Positions 45,393 through 55,489 of a stretch of 64,000 bases of DNA are shown piece by piece. Location of the stretch: NCBI GenBank assembly GCA_965223545.1, contig OZ245006.1, forward strand, positions 2,784,001 to 2,848,000, read 5' to 3'. Origin of the DNA: Planctomycetota bacterium. GTDB lineage: Bacteria; Planctomycetota; UBA1135; UBA2386. Position 1 is the first letter of the stretch; every line of letters starts with the position of its first letter. A program made the position numbers and the translations under genes. Under the pieces are notes generated by a model that was not told the DNA's origin, ran no database searches, and saw only the letters and a list, made by a program, of their open reading frames with translations.

Positions 45393-46919
45393 CTACTGTC
45401 CGAGCAGGGCCAGGGGGACGGGGCGGCTGGCGTAGACCAGCTGGGTCGCGCCGAGCACTACGTAGGCGTGGTGTAGCGTCACGCCTGCTGCCGCCGGCAG
45501 GGCGGGAAGGGTGAGAGTCGCGGTGGCGGCCGCGGCCGCGGACAGCGTGCCGCGGTGGCCGGCGAAGAACGCGAGCTGCGGCTGCGCGGTGAGCGCCGTG
45601 TAGCTGTCGGCCACCAGGGGGATCGTCACCGCGCCGACCGGAATCGGCGGGCGCGTACCGGAGAGCGACCCGAGCAGCCAGTACGGCCGACCCGCGTGGG
45701 CCGCGGGCGCCGTCAGGGACAATCGCAGGGAGCCGCCGGACGACGACGGCAGCACGGCCCGGTCGCCGGCCAAGTCGACGACACCGGTGTCCACCACAAC
45801 GGCCTCGTCCACTTCCATGGCGACCAACTCCGCCCTGCCATCGCCGTCGCGGTCGGAGATCGAAAAACGCGGCGCAGCGGTCGATCCCGCCAACAGCCAC
45901 AGGGGCACACCGGTCACCGCGCTCTCGACGACGATGCCCGCCGCCGTCGACCGTGCCAGCTCGGGCACGCCATCGCCATCCTGGTCGCCCGCATCGGCGA
46001 CCGCGCCCGGCCACGCGCCGCCAGCCGAGGACGCGGTGCGCAGCACGTTGCCACTAAGGCCCGAGACGACCGCGATCTGCGGCACGGCGACCCCGCCGAA
46101 GTCCGAGGTGACGTAATCCGCGGCGCCGTCGCCATCGACGTCGGCGCGCAGCGGCAGCAGGGAGAACGTCGCCGTCACGGGGCGGCGCGGGGTATGCGTG
46201 GCGCCGGAGTACAGCACTCCCACCGACTGCGATGAGCGCGCGTTGGCCGGGCTCCAGGTCGCATAGTCGGGGATACCGTCCGCGTCGGTATCGCCCATGC
46301 CGGCGACACCGAAGTACTGCACGTCGAACCGCGGCCGCGACCAAGACCGCAGAGTGGTGCCGCTCGCGCCGGCGACGAGGTGAAAGTCGACCGTGTAGCC
46401 CGACGTGGCATCGCCACCGTGCAGTGCGGCACTCCAGTCGCCAACGCCATCGCCATCCAGGTCGCCGACGCCCGCACAGGCGACGACCACCGTCGTCGGC
46501 GACCCCACGACCGATTGCAAGAGACTGCCGTCCACTCCCGAGCGCACTACGGCCCGCGGCGGCTCGCCGAACAACAGATCACCGACTCCGTCACCGTTGA
46601 CGTCGGCGCCGAGCGGCTGGAACGGATGACTGCGGATTCCGGTCAGACTGAGGTGCAAGCGCCCGTCCCGTCCGGAGATCACATGCACGCGATCGCCACC
46701 CCCACCGTGGGTCGCGAGTGGCGCCAGCACGAACTCCCCCACGCCATCGCCATCGAGATCGCCGGCACTGATCACCACCGGCAGCGCCGGGTAGCGCAGC
46801 GACACCTGCTGCGCGCGGAGCGGCGTGACGGCGACGAACGCCAGCGCGGAGGCTCCGCCCAGCGCGAGCGACAGCGGGCGCGCGACTGCGCGACGAAGGC
46901 ACGCATGCGAGTACGTCAT
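45393..46919 (-). CDS. FG-GAP/VCBS repeat exported protein with C-terminal beta domain
   Basis: Signal peptide; multiple D(L/V)(D/N)GDG repeats. Confidence 0.88.
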   Translation of the reverse strand: MTYSHACLRRAVARPLSLALGGASALAFVAVTPLRAQQVSLRYPALPVVISAGDLDGDGVGEFVLAPLATHGGGGDRVHVISGRDGRLHLSLTGIRSHPFQPLGADVNGDGVGDLLFGEPPRAVVRSGVDGSLLQSVVGSPTTVVVACAGVGDLDGDGVGDWSAALHGGDATSGYTVDFHLVAGASGTTLRSWSRPRFDVQYFGVAGMGDTDADGIPDYATWSPANARSSQSVGVLYSGATHTPRRPVTATFSLLPLRADVDGDGAADYVTSDFGGVAVPQIAVVSGLSGNVLRTASSAGGAWPGAVADAGDQDGDGVPELARSTAAGIVVESAVTGVPLWLLAGSTAAPRFSISDRDGDGRAELVAMEVDEAVVVDTGVVDLAGDRAVLPSSSGGSLRLSLTAPAAHAGRPYWLLGSLSGTRPPIPVGAVTIPLVADSYTALTAQPQLAFFAGHRGTLSAAAAATATLTLPALPAAAGVTLHHAYVVLGATQLVYASRPVPLALLGQ

Positions 46920-46971
46920 GCCGTCGGGTTGCCCGCGCGCGGCCGGACACTGCGGAACCGGAAAAAGTGCC

Positions 46972-48126
46972 TCACTCGCGGCGCCAATGCGCACCCTCGG
47001 CGTGAGAACGCTCGACGAACACCCAAACCAGCACGCGCGCTTGCAGTGCGCCGTCTGCCCGACGTTGCAGAGCGCGCTCCACCCCGGCCAGCGGACCGCC
47101 GCCGGCGACGACGTCGGCGAAGTCGACGACGCGCCCCAGGAGTCCCGACAACAGGGGCCCGCTCGCCTGCGCGAAGCTGTCGCCGCAGACCGCGACGGTC
47201 GCACTGCCGACCTCCGCCTCGAGCTCGACCGCGACGCGTGCGCCGCCCGCGTCGCGGCGGCCCAGATCCCACGTCGGAACCCGCTCGGTCAACCGCGCGG
47301 CGAGGGATCCACCCGGGAGCAACCCGAGCAGCTGAGTGACGCCACCCTCGCGCGACTGCCAGCGCGACGCAAGCGCGACGAACGGCATCGTCCCACCAGG
47401 CGCCAGCCAACCGCGACGACGGATCTCCGCAGCCACCGCCTGCATCGCCGAGAACTCCCCTTCGGTGCGCCAGTGCGGATCACGGGCGAAGTACAGCGGT
47501 CGCTCCGGTGCGCGTGCGCGCGCACTCTGGAGGTGAGTCGCCAGATCCACGGCGGGGATGCCGGCGGCGGCGAGCTCGTCGAGCATGTCGCCGTAGTGCG
47601 CCGCCCGCGACGCCGGAACGGCGCCATCCCCGGTCAAGCGATCGGCGTAGAGCCGCACCTTGTCCGGCGCCGGCGCGGCGAGCAGGTGCACGCCGAGACC
47701 CGCAGCGCGCGCGGCGAGCTCCGCCAACCGCCGCCGTCGCTCGGGGCCGTCGGCTCGGTATCTGCCCTCGTCCAGCGACATGGTCTCGGCCAGGGCGAGC
47801 CAACGGCCGCGGCCGAAGTGCACGCGGGGATCGTCGCGCGCCCCCCAGCGCACGCGCAGGTCGTTGTGCACGCCGCGCAGCCAGACCGTCAACGGCAGGC
47901 GCTCCCGCCAAGCCCGCCCCAGCGCCGCGGTCCACGAGCCATCGCGAAACGCAGTCCAACTCCAAGCGGGCGCGCGGACCGTGGCGAGCGTGCGCGCCGG
48001 CGCAAGCCAGAACAGGAGCGGGCCCGCGACCAGGGCGGCGAGGAACAGCACCGCGCACAGGCGGCGAGAAAACCGGGACACCACCGACCCCGCGTCATCG
48101 CCCACCCCGCTCCGCTCGGTCGTCAT
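46972..48126 (-). CDS. AlgJ/AlgX-like SGNH O-acyltransferase
   Basis: TM segment, PAPDK, DPHW, GDSF; downstream of an MBOAT gene. Confidence 0.85.
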   Translation of the reverse strand: MTTERSGVGDDAGSVVSRFSRRLCAVLFLAALVAGPLLFWLAPARTLATVRAPAWSWTAFRDGSWTAALGRAWRERLPLTVWLRGVHNDLRVRWGARDDPRVHFGRGRWLALAETMSLDEGRYRADGPERRRRLAELAARAAGLGVHLLAAPAPDKVRLYADRLTGDGAVPASRAAHYGDMLDELAAAGIPAVDLATHLQSARARAPERPLYFARDPHWRTEGEFSAMQAVAAEIRRRGWLAPGGTMPFVALASRWQSREGGVTQLLGLLPGGSLAARLTERVPTWDLGRRDAGGARVAVELEAEVGSATVAVCGDSFAQASGPLLSGLLGRVVDFADVVAGGGPLAGVERALQRRADGALQARVLVWVFVERSHAEGAHWRRE

Positions 48127-48136
48127 CGCGCCGCTC

Positions 48137-49513
48137 TCAGAACTGGGAGTAGATGAACGGGGTGAACTCGCGCGCCGCCAGCTGCGACAGCGCGACGAGG
48201 AAAGCCAACAGCACCCACCAGTCGGTCCACGGTGCGCCCCCGCGCTCGAGGCGCGCCGAGGTCGGCGCACTGAAGACGACGACGACGCCGACGACCAGGG
48301 CGGCGAACGCCTCGAAGCCGAAGCGTTCGGGCCACATCAGTGCGCCCCAGCCATGCAGGCCGCTCAGACCGCCGAAGATCGCCCCCAGACCGTCCAGGCC
48401 ATCGGCTCTGAACACGGCCCAACCGCCGAGCACGATGACGAACGTGGCGCCGACGCGCAGGGGTCGCGGCAGCGCGGCGTACAGCGGACGCTTGCCGGCC
48501 AAGCGCTCGATCACCAAGAACAGTCCTTGGTAGCCCCCCCAGAGCAAGAACGTCCACGCCGCGCCGTGCCACAGCCCGCCGAGCAGCATGGTGAGCATCA
48601 GGTTGCGATAGGTCCGCAGCGCGGTGCCGCGGTTGCCGCCCAGCGAGATGTACAGGTAGTCGCGCAACCAGCTCGAGAGGCTGATGTGCCAGCGGCGCCA
48701 GAACTCGGTGATCGAGTCGGCGCGGTACGGGGCGTTGAAGTTCTCCGGCAGGCGAAAGCCGAGCATCAGGCCCAAGCCGATCGCCATGTCGGAGTAGCCG
48801 GAGAAGTCGAAGTAGATCTGCAGCGCATACGCCAGCACGCCGAGCCACGCCTCGCAGAGACCCGGCGCCGCGGCGGCGAACACCGGGTCGGCGATCAGGG
48901 CCGCGTTGTCAGCCAGCAGGATCTTCTTGGCGAAGCCGATCTCGAACAGCAGCGCCCCTGCCGAGAACTTGGCGAACGTGTGCTGCCGTGCCACCAGGTC
49001 CTGCCGGATGTCGCGAAAGCGCACGATCGGCCCCGCGACCAGCTGCGGAAACATCGACACGTAGCACGCCAAGTCGAGCAGCGAGCGGACCGGTCGCACC
49101 TGGCCGCGGTACACGTCGATCGTGTAGCTCAGCGATTGGAAGGTGTAGAACGAGATGCCGACCGGCAGCACGACGTCCTGCCACTGCAGGTTGCCGCCAA
49201 TCGCGGCCTCGATCGTGTGGACGACCAAGTTGGCGTACTTGAAGTAGGCCAACAGGCCGAGGTTGGTGAGCAACGACAGCAGCAGCCAGCCGCGCCGGCG
49301 CGCGCCCGCCGCCGCGTGCAGATGCCGGGCGCAGACGAAGTCCACCACCGTGCTGATCCACATCAACAGCAGGAAGTCGGGCCGCCACCACGCGTAGAAG
49401 ACGTAGCTCGCCAACGTCAGGGTCGCGTTGCGCCACCGCGCCGGAGTCGCGTAATAGACCGCCAGGGCCAGCGGCAAGAAGGCGAACAGGCAGACGAAGG
49501 AGGAGAAGATCAC
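48137..49513 (-). CDS. MBOAT family O-acyltransferase (AlgI/PatA-like)
   Basis: LPVGISFYTFQ, FPQLVAGPI, DFSGYSD, FWRRWHISLS, GLWHG, C-terminal FIYSQF. Confidence 0.95.
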   Translation of the reverse strand: MIFSSFVCLFAFLPLALAVYYATPARWRNATLTLASYVFYAWWRPDFLLLMWISTVVDFVCARHLHAAAGARRRGWLLLSLLTNLGLLAYFKYANLVVHTIEAAIGGNLQWQDVVLPVGISFYTFQSLSYTIDVYRGQVRPVRSLLDLACYVSMFPQLVAGPIVRFRDIRQDLVARQHTFAKFSAGALLFEIGFAKKILLADNAALIADPVFAAAAPGLCEAWLGVLAYALQIYFDFSGYSDMAIGLGLMLGFRLPENFNAPYRADSITEFWRRWHISLSSWLRDYLYISLGGNRGTALRTYRNLMLTMLLGGLWHGAAWTFLLWGGYQGLFLVIERLAGKRPLYAALPRPLRVGATFVIVLGGWAVFRADGLDGLGAIFGGLSGLHGWGALMWPERFGFEAFAALVVGVVVVFSAPTSARLERGGAPWTDWWVLLAFLVALSQLAAREFTPFIYSQF

Positions 49514-51162
49514 TGCCCGAGCTCCGCCGCGAGGACCTCGGCCAGGCGCCGGCAGCCGGCGGCCGACAGCAGCGCTGGCGCGCGGTGCAGCCGCGCATCG
49601 CTGCCGACCGCCACCGCGTCGATGCACCGGGCGCCGGTGCGCTCGGCCTCGCGCCGCACGACCTCACGCACCGACCGCGGCGTGGCGATCGTCAGCAAGA
49701 AGACGGGCTCGACCTGCCAGGCGCGACAGACCTGCACGATCCCGCGCACGTTGTGCGCGGTCGTGTCCGCGGCACGCCGCACGCGCCCGACCGCGCGCTG
49801 CCACCGCCGGCCTGCCCCGAGGGTTGCCTCCTCCGCCGCCACGGCCAACGCCTCGACCTCACTCTCGCGCAACGGCCACAGCCCCGGTGGTAGGGATTCC
49901 GACGCCGGCGGCACCGGCGCGGACACCGCACTCCACAGCGCCGCGACCGCCGCGGGACGGTCGGCCTCGGCCAACAGCCACGCCTCGAGCAGGCGTGCCG
50001 ACGGCGTCGGCCGCTGCCGCGCGGCGCGCACCAGGGCGTCGCGCGCGCCCGACGGCCACGCCGCGCGCGCGACCCGGTCGAAGGTCGCCGCATCGCCCAA
50101 CACGAAGTCCATGGCCGCCACCAGATCGCGCGCCGCCGCCGACCAGCGCTGCTGCGTCAGGTGCACGCGGCCGCGCAGTGCCGCGGGGCGCGGCGCACTC
50201 GCCGACAGCGCATCGAGCAGCCCGACGGCCGCCGGCTGCGCCGCTTGGAGCCCGCCTTCCAGCCAGTTCAACTCCAGCTGGGCAACACGGGCCTCGACCG
50301 AGGGCGTGGTGCCGGCCTGCTCGACGGCGAGCATCCACCGCGCCTCGGTCCACTCGCCGGCCGCCATCCGGCGGACCGCGGCGCCGGCCACCCCGGCGGC
50401 CGCGGGGCCGCGGCGGAGACGCAGGGTTCCGAGCTGCGCGGAGCGCACCTCGAGCATGTCCCCGCCCCCCTCGTAGTCGAGCTGCCAGCGCCCTCCACTG
50501 GCCAGTTCGACCTGCAGCGCGGCATTGCCGACCGACCAGAGACCGACCGCGCCGCCCAGGCGAAAGCTCCCATCCGGGCTCAGGTGGAGCTCGGTCTCTC
50601 CGGCGTGCCAGATCCCGGCGATGGCGGCCGCTGCGTCGTCGCCGGCATCGACACCGACGGTGTCGGCCTGCCCGTCAGGCGGCCACAGCCACGCCAGGGT
50701 CGCCACGCCAACAGCGAACGGACCGACCCGACCCGGCAAGTCTGCCAGCGCCACTGCATCGTCGCCGACCGCGCGCTCCGCCGCGCCGAGATGCACGATC
50801 AACCGCGCCGGCCGGTAGATCGACAGCTGATCCGGCAGCCCGCGCAGAATGTCCGCCGACGTGCGGCTCGGCCAGCACCCGTTGTCGACCCGCGCGCGGA
50901 CGACACCCGCCGCGCGCAGCGCGGCCTGCAGCTGCGCCGGCACCGCGTCCGCGCGGGCAACGCCCGCGCCGAACAGCAAATCTTCCCCGACACAGAGCAC
51001 GGCATCCGCGTCCACGCCTGCCGGCCGCGGCCACGCGGCGCGCCAGGCGAGCACGCGGTCGATCTGCAGGACGACCTCCACCGTCGCCATCGCGACGACG
51101 ACCGACCACACGACGGCCGGCCAACGGCGGCGGCGCCGCGGTTGGGGTGGACAAGGAGACAC
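49510..51162 (-). CDS. Degenerate SGNH-like protein with beta + TPR-like insertion (start approximate)
   Basis: Apparent paralog of 37259..39034; VLCVGED in place of GDS; stop overlaps the MBOAT start. Confidence 0.7.
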   Translation of the reverse strand: MSPCPPQPRRRRRWPAVVWSVVVAMATVEVVLQIDRVLAWRAAWPRPAGVDADAVLCVGEDLLFGAGVARADAVPAQLQAALRAAGVVRARVDNGCWPSRTSADILRGLPDQLSIYRPARLIVHLGAAERAVGDDAVALADLPGRVGPFAVGVATLAWLWPPDGQADTVGVDAGDDAAAAIAGIWHAGETELHLSPDGSFRLGGAVGLWSVGNAALQVELASGGRWQLDYEGGGDMLEVRSAQLGTLRLRRGPAAAGVAGAAVRRMAAGEWTEARWMLAVEQAGTTPSVEARVAQLELNWLEGGLQAAQPAAVGLLDALSASAPRPAALRGRVHLTQQRWSAAARDLVAAMDFVLGDAATFDRVARAAWPSGARDALVRAARQRPTPSARLLEAWLLAEADRPAAVAALWSAVSAPVPPASESLPPGLWPLRESEVEALAVAAEEATLGAGRRWQRAVGRVRRAADTTAHNVRGIVQVCRAWQVEPVFLLTIATPRSVREVVRREAERTGARCIDAVAVGSDARLHRAPALLSAAGCRRLAEVLAAELGQ

Positions 51163-51341
51163 CGCCTCGGGAGCAGACAACGACGGCGAATGATAGCGCT
51201 CGCGAAGTGCCGGGCCGACCACTTCGCAGCGCCCACCGCATCGCCTCCTCGGGCTCCGTTGCCGTGCAACGGCTCAACCGGCCGGCGCCAGCGGGCACTG
51301 TTGCCGCCCGAGACTGCGCGTAGACTCCCGCCGGGCCCCCG

Positions 51342-52793
51342 ATGCAGTTCACGTCGCTGCAGTTTCTCGTCTTCTTCCCCAGCGTCGTCGCGGGGTATCT
51401 GGTCCTGCAGCGCTCTTGGCGCGCGCAGAACACTTGGCTGCTCGCGGCCAGTTACTACTTCTACATCGCCTTCTCGTGGAAGTTCAGCCTGCTGTTGCTG
51501 TTCAGCACGGCGGCGAACTACGTCTGCGGAGCGGCGATCCACCGCGCGACTTCGGTCGGCGTGCGCCGCGCATGGCTGTGGACATCGCTCGCGATCAACC
51601 TCGGCATCCTCGGCTTCTTCAAGTACTACAACTTCTTCGCCGCGAACCTGGAGGCGTTGCTCGGCCTGGTCGGCCTGAGCATGTCGTGGCACATCAAGAA
51701 CTTGATCCTGCCGTTGGGGATCTCGTTCTACACGTTCCAGGCCCTCAGCTATCCGATCGACATCTATCGGCGCCGCCTCGAGCCCGTGCGGTCGTTCCCG
51801 CAGTTCGCGCTGTTCATCGCGTTCTTTCCGCAGCTGGTGTCGGGCCCCATCGAGCGGGCGACCAATCTGCTGCCGCAGATCGCCGCCCCGCGCTCGGTCA
51901 CCGTGCAGAAGTTCGCCGGGGGCGTGTGGCTGGTGGTGCTGGGAATCTACAAGAAGGTCGTCGTCTCCGAGGGACTGGGCCGCTACGCGCACGGCATCTT
52001 CGATCCTGCCGACACCTATGCCGGACTCGACGTCCTGCTGGCGTGCGGTTTGTTCTCGATCAAGATCTACGCCGACTTCGCCGGCTACACCGACGTCGCC
52101 CGCGGCTGCGCGCGCATGCTCGGCTTCGAGCTGATCCAGAACTTCCGCGCCCCGTACTTCGCCCCCAACATCCAGGACTTCTGGAGCCGATGGCACCTGA
52201 GCCTGACCAACTGGATCAAGGACTACATGTTCTATCCGATGGCGCTGAGCCGCCGCTGGGCCAAGCTGCTTGGACCGGGAGGCATCTCGATGGTGATCAT
52301 GATCGTCATCGGCTTCTGGCACGGCGCGTCCTGGAACTTCCTGCTGTGGGGCGCCTACCACGGCGCCCTGATCCACGCGTACACGCTGCTGCGCCCCCAC
52401 CTGTACCGGCGCACGCAGTTCCAAGCGGCTTGGGCGCGGCGGCTGTGGTTCTGCGTCCGCGTCGCGTTCACGTTTTGGCTGGTCGCGATCGCGGAGGTCT
52501 TGTTCTACGGCAGAGACTTCGAGCACGCCTGGCACTTGTTCCGCGACATCTTCGCCAATCCGGTGGCCAGCGACGCCACCGCCGGGATCGCCCTCCAGGC
52601 GCTCGTCCTGCTGGCGATCCCGGTGCTGCTCGACCTCGACGACTACCACAACCAACCCGCCGGGCCACCGCTCAGCACTTGGCGGCCCTTTTGGCGCTTC
52701 GTGGTGCGCGTCGGAATCGTGGTCGCGACGGCCGACGTCCTGCTGTCGACCACTCCGGTCCTGGTGAATCCGTATGTCTACGCCCAGTTCTGA
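51342..52793 (+). CDS. MBOAT family O-acyltransferase
   Basis: LPLGISFYTFQ, FPQLVSGPI, DFAGYTD, FWSRWHLSL, GFWHG, C-terminal YVYAQF. Confidence 0.95.
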   Translation: MQFTSLQFLVFFPSVVAGYLVLQRSWRAQNTWLLAASYYFYIAFSWKFSLLLLFSTAANYVCGAAIHRATSVGVRRAWLWTSLAINLGILGFFKYYNFFAANLEALLGLVGLSMSWHIKNLILPLGISFYTFQALSYPIDIYRRRLEPVRSFPQFALFIAFFPQLVSGPIERATNLLPQIAAPRSVTVQKFAGGVWLVVLGIYKKVVVSEGLGRYAHGIFDPADTYAGLDVLLACGLFSIKIYADFAGYTDVARGCARMLGFELIQNFRAPYFAPNIQDFWSRWHLSLTNWIKDYMFYPMALSRRWAKLLGPGGISMVIMIVIGFWHGASWNFLLWGAYHGALIHAYTLLRPHLYRRTQFQAAWARRLWFCVRVAFTFWLVAIAEVLFYGRDFEHAWHLFRDIFANPVASDATAGIALQALVLLAIPVLLDLDDYHNQPAGPPLSTWRPFWRFVVRVGIVVATADVLLSTTPVLVNPYVYAQF

Positions 52794-54102
52794 CTGCCTC
52801 GCCGGGCCGCGGCGCGTGGTGCTCATCACCGTCGCCATGGCGCTGCTGGCGACCATCGTCGCCCTGGCGCGGGGCCCCGCCGGCGGCGCGTTCGGCGCCG
52901 CGGTCGGTGTGCTGGGTCCCTGGCTCATCGCCGGCTGCCTCGCCCTGTACGGTGTGCTCAGGTGGGGCCTCGCGCCGCGCTTGCAGCGCGCACCGAGCGC
53001 CGCCGAGACAACCCACCAGCTGTGGCTCGCGGGCCGCAACGCGGCCCTCGTGCTCGTCAGCGCTGCTGCCGTATTGGAGACTTGGGAACGGGGGGCGGGC
53101 GACGGGGTGAAGCAGGAAACGTGGATGCTGAGTGGGCCGCCGCTCGGCGGTCCGCACGCATTTCGATTCGACGACGAGCTGGGCTGGGTCGGGCAGCCGC
53201 ACCGCACCACGCACCTACGCACCGGCGACGCGGTGATCTCGTCGACGACGAATGCACACGGCTTCTTCGACATCGACCAAGACATCGACCTCGACGGGCC
53301 ACCGCGCCTGGTGGTGGTCGGCGACTCGTTCGGCCGCGGCTGGGGCGTGCCGATGGAAGAGGCGCTGACGGCGCGCATCCGGGCGGCTCTGCCGCAGTAT
53401 CAGATCGTCTGCCAAGCGGTCGCGGGCTACCGGCTCGACCAGATCGGCCTGGCCTACACGCGCTTCGCCCGGCCGCTGGCACCGCACGCCGTCGTGCTGG
53501 CGGTGATCGCAAGCACCAGCGAGCGCGAGAGCCGTCCGGTGCAGGGGCATGCACGGCCATGGTGCGTTCTTCGCGACGGCGAGCTCTACTGGTACCGCGG
53601 CCCGATTCCCGCGCTCCCCGACGCTCCGGAGGCCCGCATCCGCTACGCCGCGCGCCAGGAGCACGCCGCCGTGGTCTCGGCCGGCGATGCCTGGCACGCT
53701 CTCCTCGCCTGGGTCACACGGCACACCGCGCTGGGCAGTCGCACCCAGCGCGCCCTGCAGTTCCGTTTCGATTCCATCGACCGCCGGGCAGCGCTGGACC
53801 CAGTCACCACCGCCCTGGTCGCCCACCTCGACGCGCAGGTGCGCGCCGACGGCGGCCGGCTGCTCGTCGCGGTCGCGCCACCGTCGTGGGCCACTAGGGC
53901 CAAGTGGGCGACCAACAACATCACCCGCTGGTGCGACGACCTCCGCGCCGCGGCGGGCGCGGAGGTGCTCGACCTCACGCCGGCTCTGGTGCTAGAAGAG
54001 GGCGCCCTCTACACCGAAGGCGCCAACGCCCACCCCAACGCCGCCGGGCACGCCGCCGCAGCGGCAGCGATCGTGCGCGCCCTCGAGACCCGCCAAGACT
54101 GA
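52774..54102 (+). CDS. Membrane-anchored SGNH hydrolase/acyltransferase (start uncertain)
   Basis: TM segments, FDDELGW, VGDSFGRG, AVAGY, AHPN..GH. Confidence 0.82.
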   Translation: MSTPSSDCLAGPRRVVLITVAMALLATIVALARGPAGGAFGAAVGVLGPWLIAGCLALYGVLRWGLAPRLQRAPSAAETTHQLWLAGRNAALVLVSAAAVLETWERGAGDGVKQETWMLSGPPLGGPHAFRFDDELGWVGQPHRTTHLRTGDAVISSTTNAHGFFDIDQDIDLDGPPRLVVVGDSFGRGWGVPMEEALTARIRAALPQYQIVCQAVAGYRLDQIGLAYTRFARPLAPHAVVLAVIASTSERESRPVQGHARPWCVLRDGELYWYRGPIPALPDAPEARIRYAARQEHAAVVSAGDAWHALLAWVTRHTALGSRTQRALQFRFDSIDRRAALDPVTTALVAHLDAQVRADGGRLLVAVAPPSWATRAKWATNNITRWCDDLRAAAGAEVLDLTPALVLEEGALYTEGANAHPNAAGHAAAAAAIVRALETRQD

Positions 54103-54103
54103 C

Positions 54104-54352
54104 ATGGACCTGCAGCAAGAGATCATTGCGCTCATCAACCGCGTCGTCCGCGACAGCACCGGTCGCGAAGTCGACGTCCAGCCGGACGACCGCATCATCG
54201 AGACCGGGCTCTTGGACTCGCTGAGCATGGTCAACCTCGTCATGGCCCTGCAGGCGGAAATGCAGGTCGACCTCGACATCAACGACATGAACGAGACCAC
54301 CTTCGGCTCGCCCGTGGCGATTGCCGCGCTGGTCGCCGAACGGCGCGGGTAA
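54104..54352 (+). CDS. Acyl/aminoacyl carrier protein (DltC-like)
   Basis: 82 aa, acidic, GLLDSLSM phosphopantetheine motif. Confidence 0.9.
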   Translation: MDLQQEIIALINRVVRDSTGREVDVQPDDRIIETGLLDSLSMVNLVMALQAEMQVDLDINDMNETTFGSPVAIAALVAERRG

Positions 54353-54354
54353 GC

Positions 54355-55455
54355 TCAGAAGTACGACTGCAGCACGCCGCGCCGCCGGATGTCGACGGTG
54401 GCGCAGTGGAAGCTGCCGCCGAACTTGTAGTTGTTGCGGAACGGGCACGGCACGGGCTCGAACCCCCACGCGCTGAGCATGTCCATCGTCGGGCCTTCTT
54501 CGGCCTCGACGACGACGCGCCGCTCGTCGAGGTTGAGCATGTTCATCGACAGCCAGCGGAACGAGTGATACCAGGGGTGGTCCTCGGCCATGGTCGAACG
54601 CGGCGCCGGCCGCAGCTCCCAATCACCCTTGCGCAGCACGTCGGGCACTTCGCGCAGCGGCCGGTCGGGGTTGACGAGGATCTTGCCCGGGCACAGCGGC
54701 ACGAACGTCGCGTCGATGTGGATCGCGCGGTAGTCGTCGAACTCGACCCGGTGGAAGGCAAACGTGTCCCCGTACTGCCGCCGCAGCCAATCGATGCCGA
54801 AGTCATTGGTGACGTGGCTGCGCTGGATGAAGATGTCGCGGCCGCAGCGCGCCATGTCGGCGGCGTCGAACATCGGCTCGAACTCGGTGAGCACCGACGC
54901 ATCCGCCCCGCGCTGCGAGCGATAGGCCGGGCCCGACATCTCCGGCTTGGGCGCCGCCGTCCACCGCGCGCCCTGGCGGAAGTAGTCCTTCAGCAGCTTG
55001 CGGTAGGCGAACACCTCGAAGTAGCGCGACCGCCAAGCCATCGGCGCCTCGAGGATCTCGTTGCCGAGCACGATCAGCACGTCGCGCGGATCCGCCTGGC
55101 AGTTGCCACCGGGCACCGTCCAGTGCGGCGTGACGATCGGCCGGTCGTGCGCCATCGGCTGCGGCCGGCGCACCGTGACGCCGGCACCCTCGAGAATCGA
55201 GACGAACTGATCGAGCTCGCGCTGCGCGGCCGCGCAGTAGATCGCCTCGATCCGCTGGCCGCCGTGCGTCAGGTGGTAGGTACGCGAGCGCTCGAGGTGC
55301 TCAGTCGCGGTCACCGCCTCCAGGGCGGCGTCCCACGGCAGCGCCACGGCGCCGTCGAGAACGCCGACGATGATCTCCTCGAGCGGATCCCATTCGTTCC
55401 AAGAGTTGACGACCGGGAGCCGGGTCTCGCCATCCGCGCGCGCAGGTTCTGACAT
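54355..55455 (-). CDS. Amidinotransferase (L-Arg:glycine/inosamine amidinotransferase family)
   Basis: VNSWNEWDPLEEIIVG, PRD, WRSRYFE, FDAAD, HIDATF, GGSFHCAT. Confidence 0.93.
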   Translation of the reverse strand: MSEPARADGETRLPVVNSWNEWDPLEEIIVGVLDGAVALPWDAALEAVTATEHLERSRTYHLTHGGQRIEAIYCAAAQRELDQFVSILEGAGVTVRRPQPMAHDRPIVTPHWTVPGGNCQADPRDVLIVLGNEILEAPMAWRSRYFEVFAYRKLLKDYFRQGARWTAAPKPEMSGPAYRSQRGADASVLTEFEPMFDAADMARCGRDIFIQRSHVTNDFGIDWLRRQYGDTFAFHRVEFDDYRAIHIDATFVPLCPGKILVNPDRPLREVPDVLRKGDWELRPAPRSTMAEDHPWYHSFRWLSMNMLNLDERRVVVEAEEGPTMDMLSAWGFEPVPCPFRNNYKFGGSFHCATVDIRRRGVLQSYF

Positions 55456-55489
55456 CGGCTACCAGTGTGCGCCCTGCGCCCGCCCGCGA

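Noticed and set aside
47660..53378. Very long ORFs (938 aa +, 859 aa -) and similar Arg/Pro/Ala-rich frames across the window
   Set aside because: High-GC shadow frames opposite or overlapping motif-supported genes
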